Assembly: GCA_025558095.1 (NCBI GenBank)
Contig: JAIVFI010000010.1
Coordinates: 124,001 to 188,000 of the forward strand
Direction: 5' to 3'
Length of the DNA stretch: 64,000 nt
Source: Hyaloraphidium curvatum SAG 235-1
Lineage: Eukaryota; Fungi; Monoblepharomycota
Within the stretch, counting starts at the first letter, position 1. Each line of letters opens with the position of its first letter. This document shows, piece by piece, positions 1 through 12,800 of the stretch. A model generated the notes under the pieces. That model saw nothing but the letters and a program-made list of their open reading frames with translations. It searched no databases and was not told the DNA's origin. The translations under genes were made by a program, and so were the position numbers.

Positions 1-1628
1 CCACGGCGTGCACTTTGTCCGGGACGGGGACGGCACGCCTAAAGCCGAGTACACCAACCGCTTCGTGCGCACCAAGGTGCTCAAGGCGTCGTTGGAGCTC
101 GGGTTCCCCGTGCCGCCGTCGATTGCGCTCTTCTTGAACCCGATGAGCCCGTGGCAAATGGTCGAGGCCGGCGTCAAGGCGCTGCTCTCGTACCTCTACA
201 CGTACCCGGATCCGCCGGAGAAGGGCATGAACACCGCCAACACGAGCCTCGTCTTCCACGGCGGCAAGCTGCTCGCGCTCATGGAGACGGCCGTTCCTAT
301 GGAGATTTCGACGCCGGCCCTGGTCACCATCGGGGCACACGACTACGGCGGCAAGGTCGCCGGCTTCACGGCGCACCCCAAGGTGGACCCCGAGTCGGGC
401 GACATGTTCTTTTTCGGCTACGATATCAACAAGCCCCGGATCCTATACTACCACGCCGACGCCAAGGGGGATTTGCTTGTCTTCAAGAAGGAGATTCCGC
501 TTCGGAGGCCCGCCATGATGCACGACTGTGGGTTCCGTGCCGGCCGTGCAAGCTCACGACTCAAACTCCGTTCTTTCGCAGGGGCGGTAACCAAGTCGTC
601 CTGCGTGCTCGTCGACCACCCGCTCTTCTTCCAGATCCCCGGCACGTTCAAGGACCTCGACCCCGCGTACAAGCCCGCCGTCGAGCCCAACCCGCTCAGC
701 TCCCCCATCCTCTTCTTCGACGCCGACGCCCCCACCCGCCTCGGCATCTTCCCCAAGTCCGACCCCGACGCCGTCTCGTGGTACCCCATCGAATCCTGCG
801 CCGTGATCCACACCGGCAACGCGTGGGACGAGGTCCGCACCCTCCCCGACGGCACCACGCACGAGCTCGCGGTCCTGGTGGCCCCGCGGATGGCCGGCGG
901 CCTGGACCTCCGCGGCCTGTCGGCCCCCGAGGGTGCCAAGCGCACGCGGGCGCTGATGCACGTCTGGGTGGTGGACCGGACCGACGGCACCGTCAAGGAG
1001 CAGAGCATCATGCCGGACGACATCGCCGAGTGCGAGTTTCCCACGTGCAGCCCGCGCGTGGCGGGGAGGCGGTCGCGGTACGTCTACGCCGCGACGTCGG
1101 CGGGAGCGGACGGGCCGGACGGGTTCGACGGGTGCGCCAAGTTCGACCTCGGCGAGGGGTCGGCGTGGGACTTCGCTTGCGGGACGCAGATGCCGGAGGT
1201 CAGGAGGATCAAGTACGGCGGGTCGAGGCGCGGTGGGGAGCCCGTTTTCGTGCCGCGCAACGCCGAGGGCGGCGACGAGGACGACGGGTACCTCGTGACG
1301 TTCGTGCACGAGGGCAAGCTGGACGCCGGGGGCAACGAGATCGGCGAGACGGAGCTGTGGGTGATGGACGCCAAGGTCATGGAGGTGGTCTGCAAGGTCA
1401 AGATGCCGACGCGGGTGCCATTCGGTGAGACAAGCTCTCGCAAATGCAGCTGGATTCCGACTGACCTACTCGCGAATAGGCTTCCACGGGGTCTTCGTCG
1501 ACTCGGCGCAGATGGAGATGCAGCGGATCCTCAACGCGGCCCGCGGCATCACCGGGGCGTCGCAGCCGCTCCTCGACGCGGACAAGGAGCGCAAGCACAG
1601 CTGGATCAGGTGGTTCTTCGGGTTCTGA
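1..1628 (+). CDS. Carotenoid cleavage oxygenase (RPE65/CCD family), 5'-partial, 2 visible introns
   Basis: Motifs NTANT, FTAHPKVDP, MMHD, VIHT, GGEPVFVP, EDDGYL and RVPF|GFHG supply the four Fe-binding His. GT-AG introns lie near 528-581 and 1425-1480. Confidence 0.92.
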
Positions 1629-1843
1629 GGCCGTCAACCTCGCGTGTGTAGCTGCTTGTAGTTGTTGTAGGTCTTCGTGAGTGTATGTAACGGCGTCTTG
1701 ATTATCCAATGCGCTATGCCATAAAGTCGCCTAGTCATGATCCCTGTGCCTGCTAAGCTTTTCATCCTCCACCATACAGTAGCTTCCTTGTTGCGCCGCC
1801 TCCTTTATTACCGACGGCGCTTGGCGATGTTGCGCCTCCTTCT

Positions 1844-4324
1844 TTACCGGCGGCGCTTGACGAGCGTGACCGTCTTGGTCACCTTGACGACCTTGAGAGT
1901 CTTGGTCGATGTCACTTTGACGGTCTTGAAGACCGTGACCTTGGTGGTGGCGGTGCGGAAGATGGTCTTCTTGAAGAACGATTTCGTGACGGTCGCGAAC
2001 TTGGTCTCGGTCAGCTTCAGCGTCTCGACCAGGGTCGACACGGAAGTCAGCGTGCTTGGCACCTGCACCACGCTCGTGCTGGTGACTGTTGTGGGCACGA
2101 GGCTCGTGCTGATGACCGTGGTGGGCTGGAACAGCGAGAGCGTCGACGTGGAAAGGACCGTCGTTGTCGTGAGCACCGTGGCCGTCGTCGTCGAGAGGCT
2201 CGTGGAAGTGACGGTCAGGGAGCTTGTTTCCGTCACGGTCTGGCAGGGCACGGTCGTTTGGGTCTCCGTGGCTGTCGTCGTTGCCTATTTCGAAGCGGTC
2301 GCTGGGTTAGGCCGCCCTCCCCCCCCGCATTGCGGATCCTACCGTTCTAGTCCGGGCCGACTCGAGGGGGAGGACTTTGTTCTGGATGTTCGCTGAAGGC
2401 CGGCAGCAGGACGATGCTGTCAGCCAGCACCGCAAGGCCGCCGATTGGTCCACTCACACAACGGACCACAGCTCCGAAGCCAGGTGAAACCGGGGCCCTC
2501 GCTGTCCTCGGGGAACGTCCGACATCCAAAAGCATCTGCAGTGCCGCACAGATTGCTGCTGGGAAGAAAGGAGCGCACGAAAAAGTTGAAGGTGTTGCTG
2601 CTTTGTGGGAAGAACCAGATGTCGGTGACTTGGATGTTGTCGGGCCTGTAGGAGTTCGGGGGACAGTCCGGCGTCCCAGCATTCCCACCCAGCGCGCGGA
2701 GATCGCTGAAGACCCTGGGATCTGCGTCGAGGAGCATCAAGGATGCATCAGCCGGTTCCTTGCAGACCGGCAGCGCGCTTGCTCACATTCCCAGATCCTT
2801 TGCGGGATCGGCCCGTCGATGAGGTACCCCGCAATTCCTTCGGGGCTCACGGGGAAGCTGGGCACCTCCACGCACCACTGGATGGTCGCCCAGGTGATGA
2901 ACGGGAAGCGCGAACGGCAGGTCCTCGGGGCGGTCAAGAGGTCGGTGCCGTCCTCTAGGATGCAACCCTCTTGGTCGGTCACGCCGGAACGGAAGGTGAC
3001 GGTTTCGGCCACGTCCGTCCCGTTGAAAAGAGAATCTGGGCAAGGTGCGTCAGCAGGGCGACGGATCGCGTCACTGTGTTGGGGCACGAACCGAAGTCGG
3101 GGCAGTCCCACGTGGACTGGTAGAAGATAGTGTGGAAGATGAACTTCAATTCCGGGGTTGCAGTCTTGAACAAGTGTTAGGTGAGCTGAGGAAGGCGAAC
3201 TGTGACTTACAGCAGAGGTGGTGGCAGTCTGCGTTGTCCTCGTCGTGGTGGTGAAGGTAGTGGTCGTGCTCAGCGCCCCAACCAGAATCTCGGACTGGGC
3301 TGAGGTAAAACGCCGTCGGCACGGTGTGAGGCGTTCGTCGGCACCGGGTCGTGAATCCACCAACCTAGCGCACCACAGGAGCTCAACTCTGGAAAATCGA
3401 AGCCACCAATGCACACGGCCTTTCCGAAATCTTCGTTGCAGTTGGATGTGGCCTTCGGGCTGACCGCGGTGTTGTTCCAGACGTCGGCCGAGAACTGGTG
3501 ATACGGCGGCGGGTGAGGCGCCACGGCGCGGGGAGGGCAGGACGGTGCGGCTCACCCAGGTGATCTCGGCGTCAAAGGTCTGCTCCGGAGTGCATGAACC
3601 ATAGTAGATGGTCGAGGTCTCATTGTCTGAGGTGGCGAGGTTTTGTCAGCCTGCGGATTGGTGTGCGAGAGGGTTCCGCACTCACGTTGCATCAGCGCCT
3701 CGGGAACCGTGGGCGAGAGGTGCCATCCGACGACCCTGTTGGTTGACACGGGCAGTCCGGTGGCGCCTTCGTAGCAGAAGTCGAGCATCGAGCCCGGGAA
3801 GCGGACGGGGTCCCACGGGAAGCGAGGGTTGCAGGTGCCGTTCGAAAACTCCTCCCCTAACCAATCGAGGCGCTCCGTGGCAACCGCGCTGCAATCATAG
3901 CCTGGGTACAAGACGGCCTGGACGGAGAAGGTGAAATTGCCGACCTCGGTGCCTGCGGCGCCAACCGTGAGAAGGGACCACGGGTGGGGCCGGCGGTCTT
4001 ACCAATCTCCGGACAATCGTTGACCCCGAAGAAGTTGACGCGGGTGAAGAGCGCGCCCGTTGTCGGCTCGTCAGCCGCGACCACCTTGGGCGGCCTCTTG
4101 ACGGCGCTGGGCCTGCGCAGCGGGCCGGATCCTTCGAGCGCATCGAGGCCGCCGAGCACGTTGAGCCGCCTGATCTCGGCCGGAAGCGACTTCGGGGCCA
4201 CTGCGGGGGCGGCGAACGGGTTGCGCGGCGGGGGACGGGCGAGCCCGGCTGAGGCGGCGGCGGGGTGCGCGAGGGCGGCGAAGGCGAGGAGCCAGACGGC
4301 CCAGGAGGCGAGGGCGGCGCGCAT
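1844..4324 (-). CDS. Secreted multi-exon Cys-rich protein with Thr-rich linkers and polybasic C-terminus, unknown function
   Basis: Signal peptide MRAALASWAVWLLAFAALAHPAAA, two similar Cys-rich segments (CNPRFPW.../CRSRFPF...) and a Thr-rich tail ending KRRR*. The first splice junction was checked; later ones are approximate. Confidence 0.6.
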
Positions 4325-5004
4325 CGTGGCCGGAGATCCGCGATGCGATGAGACGAATGAACTGGTGGGAGGGGGGTAGACTGAACCCGGCTGGTGGCCG
4401 AAGAACCTTCCGGCATGGCTGGATCGGTGCCGTCATTGCTCTTCCGCTCCGATGTTCCGGAACACCGCCCTGGACGTCGAAAATGGAAGCGACTGCGAGC
4501 GATCACCGGACATCAGCTATTGAAGGTCCGCTGACCAAGTCCCGAGCATTGGTTTATTGGCTGTCGAACATGTGCGCCGCGCCGCGGATTCCCCATCGCG
4601 ATCGATCCCGCGCCTGGATGCCAGAGGGACTTCGAAATGCTAGGGGCGGCATCCCACTTGTCCGTGGGCCAGCACCGGGATGAAGATGCACGATCGAGAG
4701 CAGAGCTGCCCCCGTGCCAGATTAGCGCCGTCGCCCAGCAAGAGCAGTCCTCGCCACGAGCCACCCTGGCCGGAGCTGCACTTCCTCGCTGGCCAAGAGG
4801 ACACAAGTACAAATGAATCAGGTGGACCTTAACTTCGAGGAAGGTGGATAATGTTGCTACAGAAAATCTGGCGGTCGCTCGAATACCGGAACAGTTGGTG
4901 GGACGGGTGGTCCGTGTCCATGCGCCGCCACCGAAGTGTCTCCCACCCGCCCTTCCCCTTGCTCCACTTCCGGCCGCACTGGTGGCCTGAGGAACGCAAA
5001 GCAC

Positions 5005-6121
5005 ATGACCGACAGCGCCGGGGACCTGTCGAAGAAGCGCAGGAGGGGCGGCCGCGGGCGGACGCCGGCCAAGAGGCGGAAGGCGCATCGACCGCCGCGC
5101 CGCGCGGGCTTCGCGGACCTGCCGGAGGACGTCGTCCGCGACATCTGCGCGTGGGTATCCGTCGACGGGCCCGCAGCGTCGCGCCTGACGCCGCCGCGAA
5201 GGATCCTCGGGCGGCCCAACCTCGTGGCGATCGTGCGCCTCGCGGCGACCTGCCGCACCCTGCGCGCCCACATCGGCGCCATCGCACCGTGGCGCGGCAC
5301 CCTCGAGGCGTTGGTCGCGCCGCCGGTCCCGGACGGGACGGAAAGCCCGGCGCCGCCCAGGTCGCACCGCCACGTGGCGCCCGCCGATCTCGCGGGGCGC
5401 AAGGAATGGTACAGGCCCCTGGCCAAGTACGGACCCCGCCTGTGCCTCGGCTGCGGGGAAATGCCGGGACGCCTCGACGTGCTCCGCGTGGACGTGCCGG
5501 CCGTCCTCCTCGACCTGGTGGAGTGGGAGATCGAGGACATGGACGCGTTCGTGGGGATCTGGGAAGACCCGACCTGCCCGCAGGAGGTGCCCACGGCGCG
5601 CAGCTCCCTGTGCCGGGACTGCCGCCAGTTCCTGTGGAAGATCGCCCTGCACCTCGCCAGGGGCCGCGTGGACGGGGTCCCCGACTGCGCGGCGCAGCTC
5701 GCTGAGGTCCGCCAGCACGCGAGGATCAACAAGGGCGACGCCGAGGATTCCTACTTCCTCCGCGGCCGTCTCAACGGCCTGCAGTACGACAGATGTGTGG
5801 TGGCCAAGCGCAAGATATGGGGAGGGGGCTACTTCGAGATCGTCGCGCACCGCTACCGCGAGCGGGAGGTGCTGGTGCGCGCCTGGAGGGTACATGGCGG
5901 TCCGTGGGGCTTGGAGGTGGGATTTGCGTGCCTAAAAAGCGAAGGACCTCAACGCGCCGTCACCTACGCAGGCCGTGTGGGAGCGCGCCGAGGAGCGGGC
6001 CAGGAAACGCAAGGCGGAGAGGGGCAAGCGGGCGAGGGTGGCCGCACAGCGGGAAAACAAGCGATTCTGGTCGGAAGCTCTTGCAGAGGAAGCCCTTGAC
6101 GAGGCGGAAGCCGCGATGTGA
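5005..6121 (+). CDS. Hypothetical protein with F-box-like N-terminus, CxxC pairs and XPA-like 'VHGG' helix
   Basis: FADLPEDVVRDIC, CLGC and CRDC, VLVRAWRVHGGPWGLE. One GT-AG intron leads into a charged helical C-terminus. Confidence 0.6.
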
Positions 6122-6668
6122 GGACAACGAAAGCTCTTCATTCCTCGTTCGATCCATGCTTTGAGTACGAGTCTTGTCTCATGAGAACGCCGCCTTCAGC
6201 CGTTGCGATCTCAGGCCGTCCAGAAGCATGCAGATCTCCCTTCCAAGTTCCAATGAGATCCACTTCGATCCCACCGACTGCAGATGTCCGTGCGTTATAG
6301 TGTCGGAGGCCCGTGGGAACCGGGCAACCGACATAGAACCACACGTCCTTCGCTCTGCCCCAAACTTTCCTCACGGCGGCACGAGGAAGCCACAGTGATG
6401 CAGAATGGGGATTTGGTCGCCGCCAAGCTGGCGGGCGGGATCAGGAAGGAGGAATCAACGCGACGGAGGCAGTCGAACGCGTCGACGGAGCCACGAGGAC
6501 GAATCGGGGGGGTCTGATCCGGCAGCTACCCGGCAACTTGATTCCAAGACAAGACAAACAGCTCAATTCCGTTCCATCGAGCTACAAGAGCCGCAGGAAC
6601 GCGTCCGAAGGAGTATAAACAAAGCGGGCGCTCGTTGACCTATCCCTTCCATTCGCGAGTCCGGACGG

Positions 6669-8258
6669 ATGGCGCCTGCCCGCCCTGCCTACGCGGCCAC
6701 GTGGCCGAAGCCGGCGTACGAGGCGCCGCCCAGCCTGCATTTGGACCCGCCGCTGCGCAGCTCGTCGTCGCCTTTCGAGCTGCTCGTAAACTGCATCATC
6801 TATGCCTCCCACGCCGCGCTCGGAGCCGTCGGGTACCCCGAATCGTCGGCGCCGTACATCGTCGCAGGCGTGTTCGCCGCTGCTATTGCCGGCGGCGTGA
6901 TCGTTGCGCTTCGCAACGTGGCGAAGCTGGCTGCCCACTCGTTGGCCCCCGAAACGCCTCCGGCACGCCCCGCCGAGGATGATCCGGCGGCCAAGCGGCG
7001 TCCCAGGAAGACGACGAGGCTGCCGTCGCTGTACCACGGCGTTGCACTGCCGCTGGCGTCGAGCTTCATCCTGATATCGCTCGCTTTTTCGGTCCTGCCC
7101 GCCCTCGTCGACCGGTCGATGAACCGCGTGCTCCCGCTACCGGAAGCCGACCGCCCAGCGCCCGAATCAATTGCCTTCCACGACTCGCTGCCGTTCATCG
7201 GCGACCTGCACGCCGACAGCCTCATGTGGTCGCACCGCGGGAGCTTCCTGGACCCCTCGCTTCCGTCGTTCGCGCAGGTCTCGGCGCCGCTGCTCCGCAA
7301 GGGCAACGTCGCGCTGCAGGTGCTCTCAAGCGTGACCAGGGTGCCTTACGGGCTCAACATGGAGCTCAATTCGAACCAGAGCGGGGACACGCTGGACCTG
7401 CTCACGTTCGTGCAGCGCTGGGGCCGCAACACCTACACGGGCGGCGACGAGAGGTTCATCAACCGGCAGGAGATGTATTCGACGCTGATGGGCTTGGCGA
7501 CAAAGTACTCAGACGGCAAGCTGATCTGGATCAAGAACAAGGCCGACCTCGCGCGGCTGCTGGAGGAGCGCGCCAAGGACAAGGCCGTCGTCGGCGCGCT
7601 GCTGTCGACCGAAGGCACCGCCGCCTGCGTGCCCGAAGTACTCACCCCCGAGGACTGTGCCGGCAAGCTCTACCACCTGGGCATCCGCATGGTCGGCCTG
7701 ACCCACTTCATCGACCTGGCCGTCGGCGCCTCCGCCACGGGCACGGCCAAGAACGGCCTCACTCCCTACGGTCGCCGGTTCGTCAAGCGGCTCTTCGACC
7801 TCGGCATCCTCGTCGACTTTGCCCACGTCCACTCGACCACCATCATGGACACCCTTGCCATCCACGACGCCCTGCCGGAGCCGCGGCCCCCGATGGTGGT
7901 CTCGCACACGGGATTCCGGGCCATCTGCAACATTTCGCGCAACCTGGACGACGAGACGGCCCGCGAGATGGTGCGCAGGGGCACGCTCCTGGGCGTGGCC
8001 TTCTTCCCGGAGGCCGTGTGCGGCGACTCGGTAAAGGACGTGGTGGACAACTTCCGGTACGCGGCGGACATGTTCGGCGCAGGGAACGTGGCGCTGGGGA
8101 GCGACTACGACGGCGCGGTGGCGGTGCCGTTCGGCATCGGGGATTTGGCGGTGCTCACACACGGCTTGCTGGCATATGGCAGCTTTACCTCAGACCAGGT
8201 GGCAGATATCATGGGGGGGAACCTGCTACGGGTCCTTCGCGAGGGGTTGCCAGAGTGA
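6669..8258 (+). CDS. Membrane-anchored dipeptidase (peptidase M19 / renal dipeptidase family)
   Basis: DLHAD, STEG, GLTHF, VDFAH, VVSHTG, RNLDD and ALGSDYDG motifs, with N-terminal hydrophobic segments. Single exon. Confidence 0.9.
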   Translation: MAPARPAYAATWPKPAYEAPPSLHLDPPLRSSSSPFELLVNCIIYASHAALGAVGYPESSAPYIVAGVFAAAIAGGVIVALRNVAKLAAHSLAPETPPARPAEDDPAAKRRPRKTTRLPSLYHGVALPLASSFILISLAFSVLPALVDRSMNRVLPLPEADRPAPESIAFHDSLPFIGDLHADSLMWSHRGSFLDPSLPSFAQVSAPLLRKGNVALQVLSSVTRVPYGLNMELNSNQSGDTLDLLTFVQRWGRNTYTGGDERFINRQEMYSTLMGLATKYSDGKLIWIKNKADLARLLEERAKDKAVVGALLSTEGTAACVPEVLTPEDCAGKLYHLGIRMVGLTHFIDLAVGASATGTAKNGLTPYGRRFVKRLFDLGILVDFAHVHSTTIMDTLAIHDALPEPRPPMVVSHTGFRAICNISRNLDDETAREMVRRGTLLGVAFFPEAVCGDSVKDVVDNFRYAADMFGAGNVALGSDYDGAVAVPFGIGDLAVLTHGLLAYGSFTSDQVADIMGGNLLRVLREGLPE

Positions 8259-8304
8259 TACTGGTGTTTCGAAGGCAGAAGATTTTCTGAAGCAACAGAG
8301 TAGG

Positions 8305-10453
8305 TTACTTGACTTCGATGATCGGAGGCCCTTTCTTCGGTGCCTCCGCAGTGGTGGCGCCCGTCGCGCCCGCCCCGCCGTCTTTCTTGTCCGCCTCGCC
8401 GCCGCCCCCTCCCCCAAACAGGCTCCCAAAGATCCCCCTGCCCGACCCGCCCGCCTTGGGCTTGCCAAAGTTCATCCTCACCTCCCCCCTCTCCACGTAA
8501 AGCCTGACCGTCGACCCTTCCCCGATCTCGTCCGCCTCGTGCGCCCGCGCAATCTGGTTGATCACCTTCCTCTCCACGCCGTGCTTGATGCTGCGCGCGC
8601 CGTAGCTGGGGTTGTACTCGCCGCACAGCGCGCGCACGACGGCGTCGTCCCACTCGAGGCGGATCCCGTGGCGCTCCTCGGAGCGCTTGCGCCAGGAGCG
8701 GAGCTCCTTCTCGGCGAGCTGGTGGAGCTCGGGCTCGGAGAAGGGGAGGAAGAAGAGGATCTCGTTGATGCGGCCGAGGAACTCGTCACGGCCAAAGTGG
8801 CGGCGGAGGATGGGGTAGATGGTCTGCCGCGGCACGGTCAGGCGAAACCTTGCGGATGGCAACAGGACCAACCTTGTCGATGAACTCGCGGCTTAAGCTA
8901 CGCTCCCGGTTCTCCTCCTTAGGCGGCCCGGCTCCCGCGAGGTCCTTCCGGAGAAAATCAGCCTCCCTCCCGATCTCCTGCTGCGCGAGGTTGGACGTCA
9001 TGACTGGCCGCGGAACCCAAGGTCAACAACAACGGCAACGACATCCAGCGGCGCGCAGCCTACCAAAGATGGCCTCGGGGCACGCCACCGTGGTCCCCTT
9101 GCCGTCCGTCAGCCTGCCCTCGTCAAACAAGGCCAGGAGCACCGTAAGCACGTCCACATGCGCCTTCTCCACCTCGTCCAGGAGCACGATGGCGTCCGGG
9201 CACGCCTTGAGCTTCTCGGTCAGCTGTCCGCCTTCCTCGAACCCGACGTAGCCAGGCGGGCTGCCAATGAACTTGGACACCTCGTGCTTGGACTGGAACT
9301 CGGACATGTCCATGCGGATGAAGCCCTTGCGCACGTTATCCTTGTGCACGTACGAGGCCAGCTGCTTGGCCAGCTCGGTCTTGCCGATGCCCGACGAGCC
9401 GAGGAACAGAAAGACGAGTGGCTTGTCGGTGTCGTGCCAGCCGTTCTCGCGGCGGCGGATCGCGGAAGCCACTGAGGGGAAGGAGCGAGGTAAGCACCGC
9501 TTCAAAAAGACTCGCGGTCGTGGACGGCTACCGCTATTGATGGGGCCTTCCTGCCCCACGATCCGCTCCTTGAGCTGCGCCTCGAGAGGGAACTTGCGCC
9601 GCTGCTCCCTCTCCCGCCGGCGCTTCTCCTCCGTGTACGTCTTCTCCGCCTCGTCGAACAGCTTGGCCATCTCGGGGTCCAGCCCGAGGCCCTCGCTGTC
9701 GAGGTAGTCCCGCGGGATGCGGCCCTCGTTGTCCTTGCGGGTCGGGTCGGCGCCGCGGGCCAGGAGGGCCTCGATCATGGCCCTATTCCCGTTCAGGCAC
9801 GCGTAGTGCAGCGCCGTGAAGCCGGCGAAGCTCGCGCGGGGGTCCAGGTAGGGCGAGAACTCCTGCTGCCGCACCCGGATGATCTCGAAGACGGCTTCAA
9901 AGCCGGACGAAGAGTTCCCAGACGGCCCAGCATAGTCGTCGGTGAGGTCGATTCCTGCCCCCCGGTCGAGCCACCACAAGAGCAGCTTCAAGTTATTGTT
10001 GGCCGCGGCCACATGCAGGGGCGCCCAGCCGAACGGGTGCTTGACCGATGCGTCCCGCCCGCCCACCTCCTGCTTCCCCTTTTCGGGGAACAGCCTGTTC
10101 AGCGCGTCGACGTCGTTCAGCCGCGTCAGCATGCATAGCTCGCGGGCCGACGCGCTGAGCGACTTGGCGTGGACCGAGCGGCGTTCGCTGTCGAGCAGCG
10201 ACACGGCGGCGCCGAAGCCCAGCGCGAGGAGCAGCCCAACCCCGCGGCCCCGGCCGGACGGCCCGGATTCGGGAGCAGCCGATGATATAGAGCGCTGAGA
10301 GGCGTGTCGGGCGCTCCGCGGGCCCGCACGGGGCCGACGGCGCGTCGCCGGCACGCAGAGGACCCCGAAAGTCCGGACGCCGGGAACGGCCGCAGAAGGG
10401 CCGTTTTGCCCGATGCCCGCTCGGAGCAGCGACGGTGTCAACCTTCCCGCCAT
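8305..10453 (-). CDS. CLPB: Mitochondrial ankyrin-repeat AAA+ disaggregase Skd3/CLPB-like, 3 introns
   Basis: Presequence-like N-terminus and hydrophobic segment, ankyrin repeats (GWAPLHVAA, GFTALHYAC), and a single ClpB-NBD2-like domain with GSSGIGKT, LLDEVEKAH, VMTSN and FGRDEFLGRINE. Confidence 0.9.
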
Positions 10454-10610
10454 CGAGCAGGAGGCAAGAGGCGGTATCGCGTTCTTCGCAACCGAAGCTG
10501 GCGCGTTATTGACACTCGCTGGTGCGATCGATCAGCGCCCCAATCAAGCGTTGGACGGGAAGTGCCGTGTCTGGTACATTACATAGTCCGTCGAATACAT
10601 TACAACCTGA

Positions 10611-11427
10611 TTAGTTGAGATCCACGCCGCAGTATTTGCAGCCTGTCGCGGCAGCTGCAGTTCGGGGTCAGCAAGAACCTCGCTCGCGCGCTCCATCAGA
10701 TCTCACCGTTGACAGTCTCCAGACACCTCTTGCAGGTCTTTGTCGGGGCGGCCGGAGGTAAGGGCTTGGCAGCCTTCTGCCCCTGCTCCTCCCTCTTCTG
10801 CACCATCCCGATGATCTTTGCCATGATGAACAGCCCGAGCGCGATCGAAGCAAAGTCCCCCAGCGCGCTGCGCCAGTGACCCCAGGCCAGGACGATCGCG
10901 TCGTCGTTGCGCGCCGCCTGGAGGGATTCGTAGGTCCTCGCGCCGGATTTGCCCGGCCTGAGCACCCTCATCCTCGTGCCCTCGGCGGAAAAGAGGCCGA
11001 AGTAGGCAAAGAGGGGTTTGAACACGTCGTCCACCGTGGAGCGGAAGAACGACTGCAGCGCAGACGCGATGATCAGGCCCAGGGAAGTGTCCACGATACT
11101 CCCCCGCTTGTTGAGGAAGCCGATAAAGTCGCCGGCGACGTAGTTCACGGCCCGCCAGACCACCAGAACATTGTCCTCGATCACGTCCGGCACGGCGTCG
11201 GAAATCATCTTCTTGGCCCCCTGGATGGCGTCGTCCAGGTCCTCCTTGGCGTCCTCCAGCGCGTCATTCAACTTTGTAGCCGCGGCCAGCAGCGCCGGCT
11301 GGTTGTCCTTCCGGGCCTGCTCAATCGCCTCCTCCGTCTCGCGCTCCGCGGCGTCCATGAGCTTCTCCGCCTGCATGAGGTGCTCCTTGGCGTCGACTGG
11401 CGGCGGAAGGCGGGCGTTGGTCGGCAT
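10611..11427 (-). CDS. MscL-family large-conductance mechanosensitive channel with N-terminal coiled coil and C-terminal CxxC-CxxC
   Basis: DFIGFLNKRGSIVDTSLGLIIASA matches MscL TM1, followed by a second TM. An intron at ~10655-10706 gives the C-terminus TKTCKRC...GCKYCGVDLN*. Confidence 0.75.
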
Positions 11428-11692
11428 TGCGGGCGGACGTGCCGGCGCGGTGGCCGCCCACCTTTGCCGTCGCTGTTGATGTCGCGCGGGTCCGCGGCGA
11501 CCGTTGCGGATTTCATTGGCGCGGCGGACATCGCTGCGGCGGGGGAGCGGGCGGGATGGGCGGGATTGGGGCCTCGGTGTCGGCAGTGCCCAAGAACCCA
11601 GGGAGACAGAGGACGCGATGACCGATTCACCCGAGCAAGCATCAACTTCTCGGGGTGTTCCATCTTCAGAATAGAGGATAGCAAAGCTCCGG

Positions 11693-12800
11693 TCAAACCA
11701 CAGAGCAGCAGGTCCCGATGTTCCCCGCCGTCATCCCCTGCGCCGTGAAGCACTGCCCCGCCCCGCCCCCCGTCGCCCCGCTGGCAGCGTCGCACGCGAT
11801 CGCCTGGTTGTCGGCCGTGAGCACAGGCCACGTATCGGGCGCGGCGTTGCACATGACCGCGCAGGGCTTGAGGTTGACGGCGACGTAGTCGTATTCGACG
11901 CAGCAGAACTCGCTGTTGACGGCGAAGCACGCGCCCGTGGAGCTCGTGGAGCCCGCGGGGAGGAGGGCGGCGTTCTGGGGGTTGCAGGCGCGGCCGGAGG
12001 AGGCAAAGTTGGGGCAGCGGTAGTAGGAGTTGGTGTTGTTGATGCAGGGGATGAGCGTGTTCTGCGGATCGATCGGTGGGCACGAGCGCGCGAGATGGGA
12101 GCCGAGTCGGGCGCTCACGTTGATGAACGGGGTAGATGTGGTCGAGAGAGTGGCAGTAGTCGATATGGCTGCTGTGGTGCTCGACAGAGTCAGCGTGACG
12201 GTCCGTGTTGTCTTCTTGGTCAGGATCTTGGTACCGATCGTTCTTGTGATTGTGACGGTCTTGCGAGCCGGGCAGCAGTATGCGAGGTTGCCGCCCTTTG
12301 ACGAGCGCTTGACCAGGGAGGTTCCGCTCGGGCACGCAGGGCAGAGATGCCGTGGTAGGAGGCGCGCTCGCGAGTCATCCATGGGGTGGTCCTCTGCGAC
12401 GGCATCGGCCGCGACATCCCTTCCGAAGAGAAAGGCAGATGCAGCGGCTTCGGGGCCGGTCGACGCCCCGCCGGCCGCGGCACGCGATGCGCTGCGCAGC
12501 CCGACGCGCGCGCCGTTGCCGGCCACCGCGGTCGCCGTGACGGTGCGCACCGCCGTGCGCGTGGCATACCGCGCGACGATCACGGTCTTTGCCGTGGGAC
12601 CGGCGCAGCAGCAGCCGCTCGCGTAGGCGCACCCCGCGCAGCTGCACGGGCGGGAGGTCAGCGCGGCGTGCTGTGCCGCGGGGGATCGCGCACCATCGGT
12701 CGCCCGCGGCGAAGCGGGGGCCGCCGCCGCCCGCGGCGGACGCAGCTCGGACGAGCGCGAGAACAGCAATTAGCACGAGAAAGGCCGCAACCCGGGGCAT
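11693..12800 (-). CDS. Secreted Cys-rich/Thr-rich protein, unknown function, 1 intron
   Basis: Signal peptide MPRVAAFLVLIAVLALVRAASA, the motif CPACP...YCCPARKTVT, and a Cys-rich C-terminal domain. Confidence 0.65.

Noticed and set aside
1785-1860. TAA reassigned to a sense codon
   Set aside because: TAA, TAG and TGA all terminate conserved genes correctly here (H3/H4 TAA, GSK3 TAG, eIF3b TGA).
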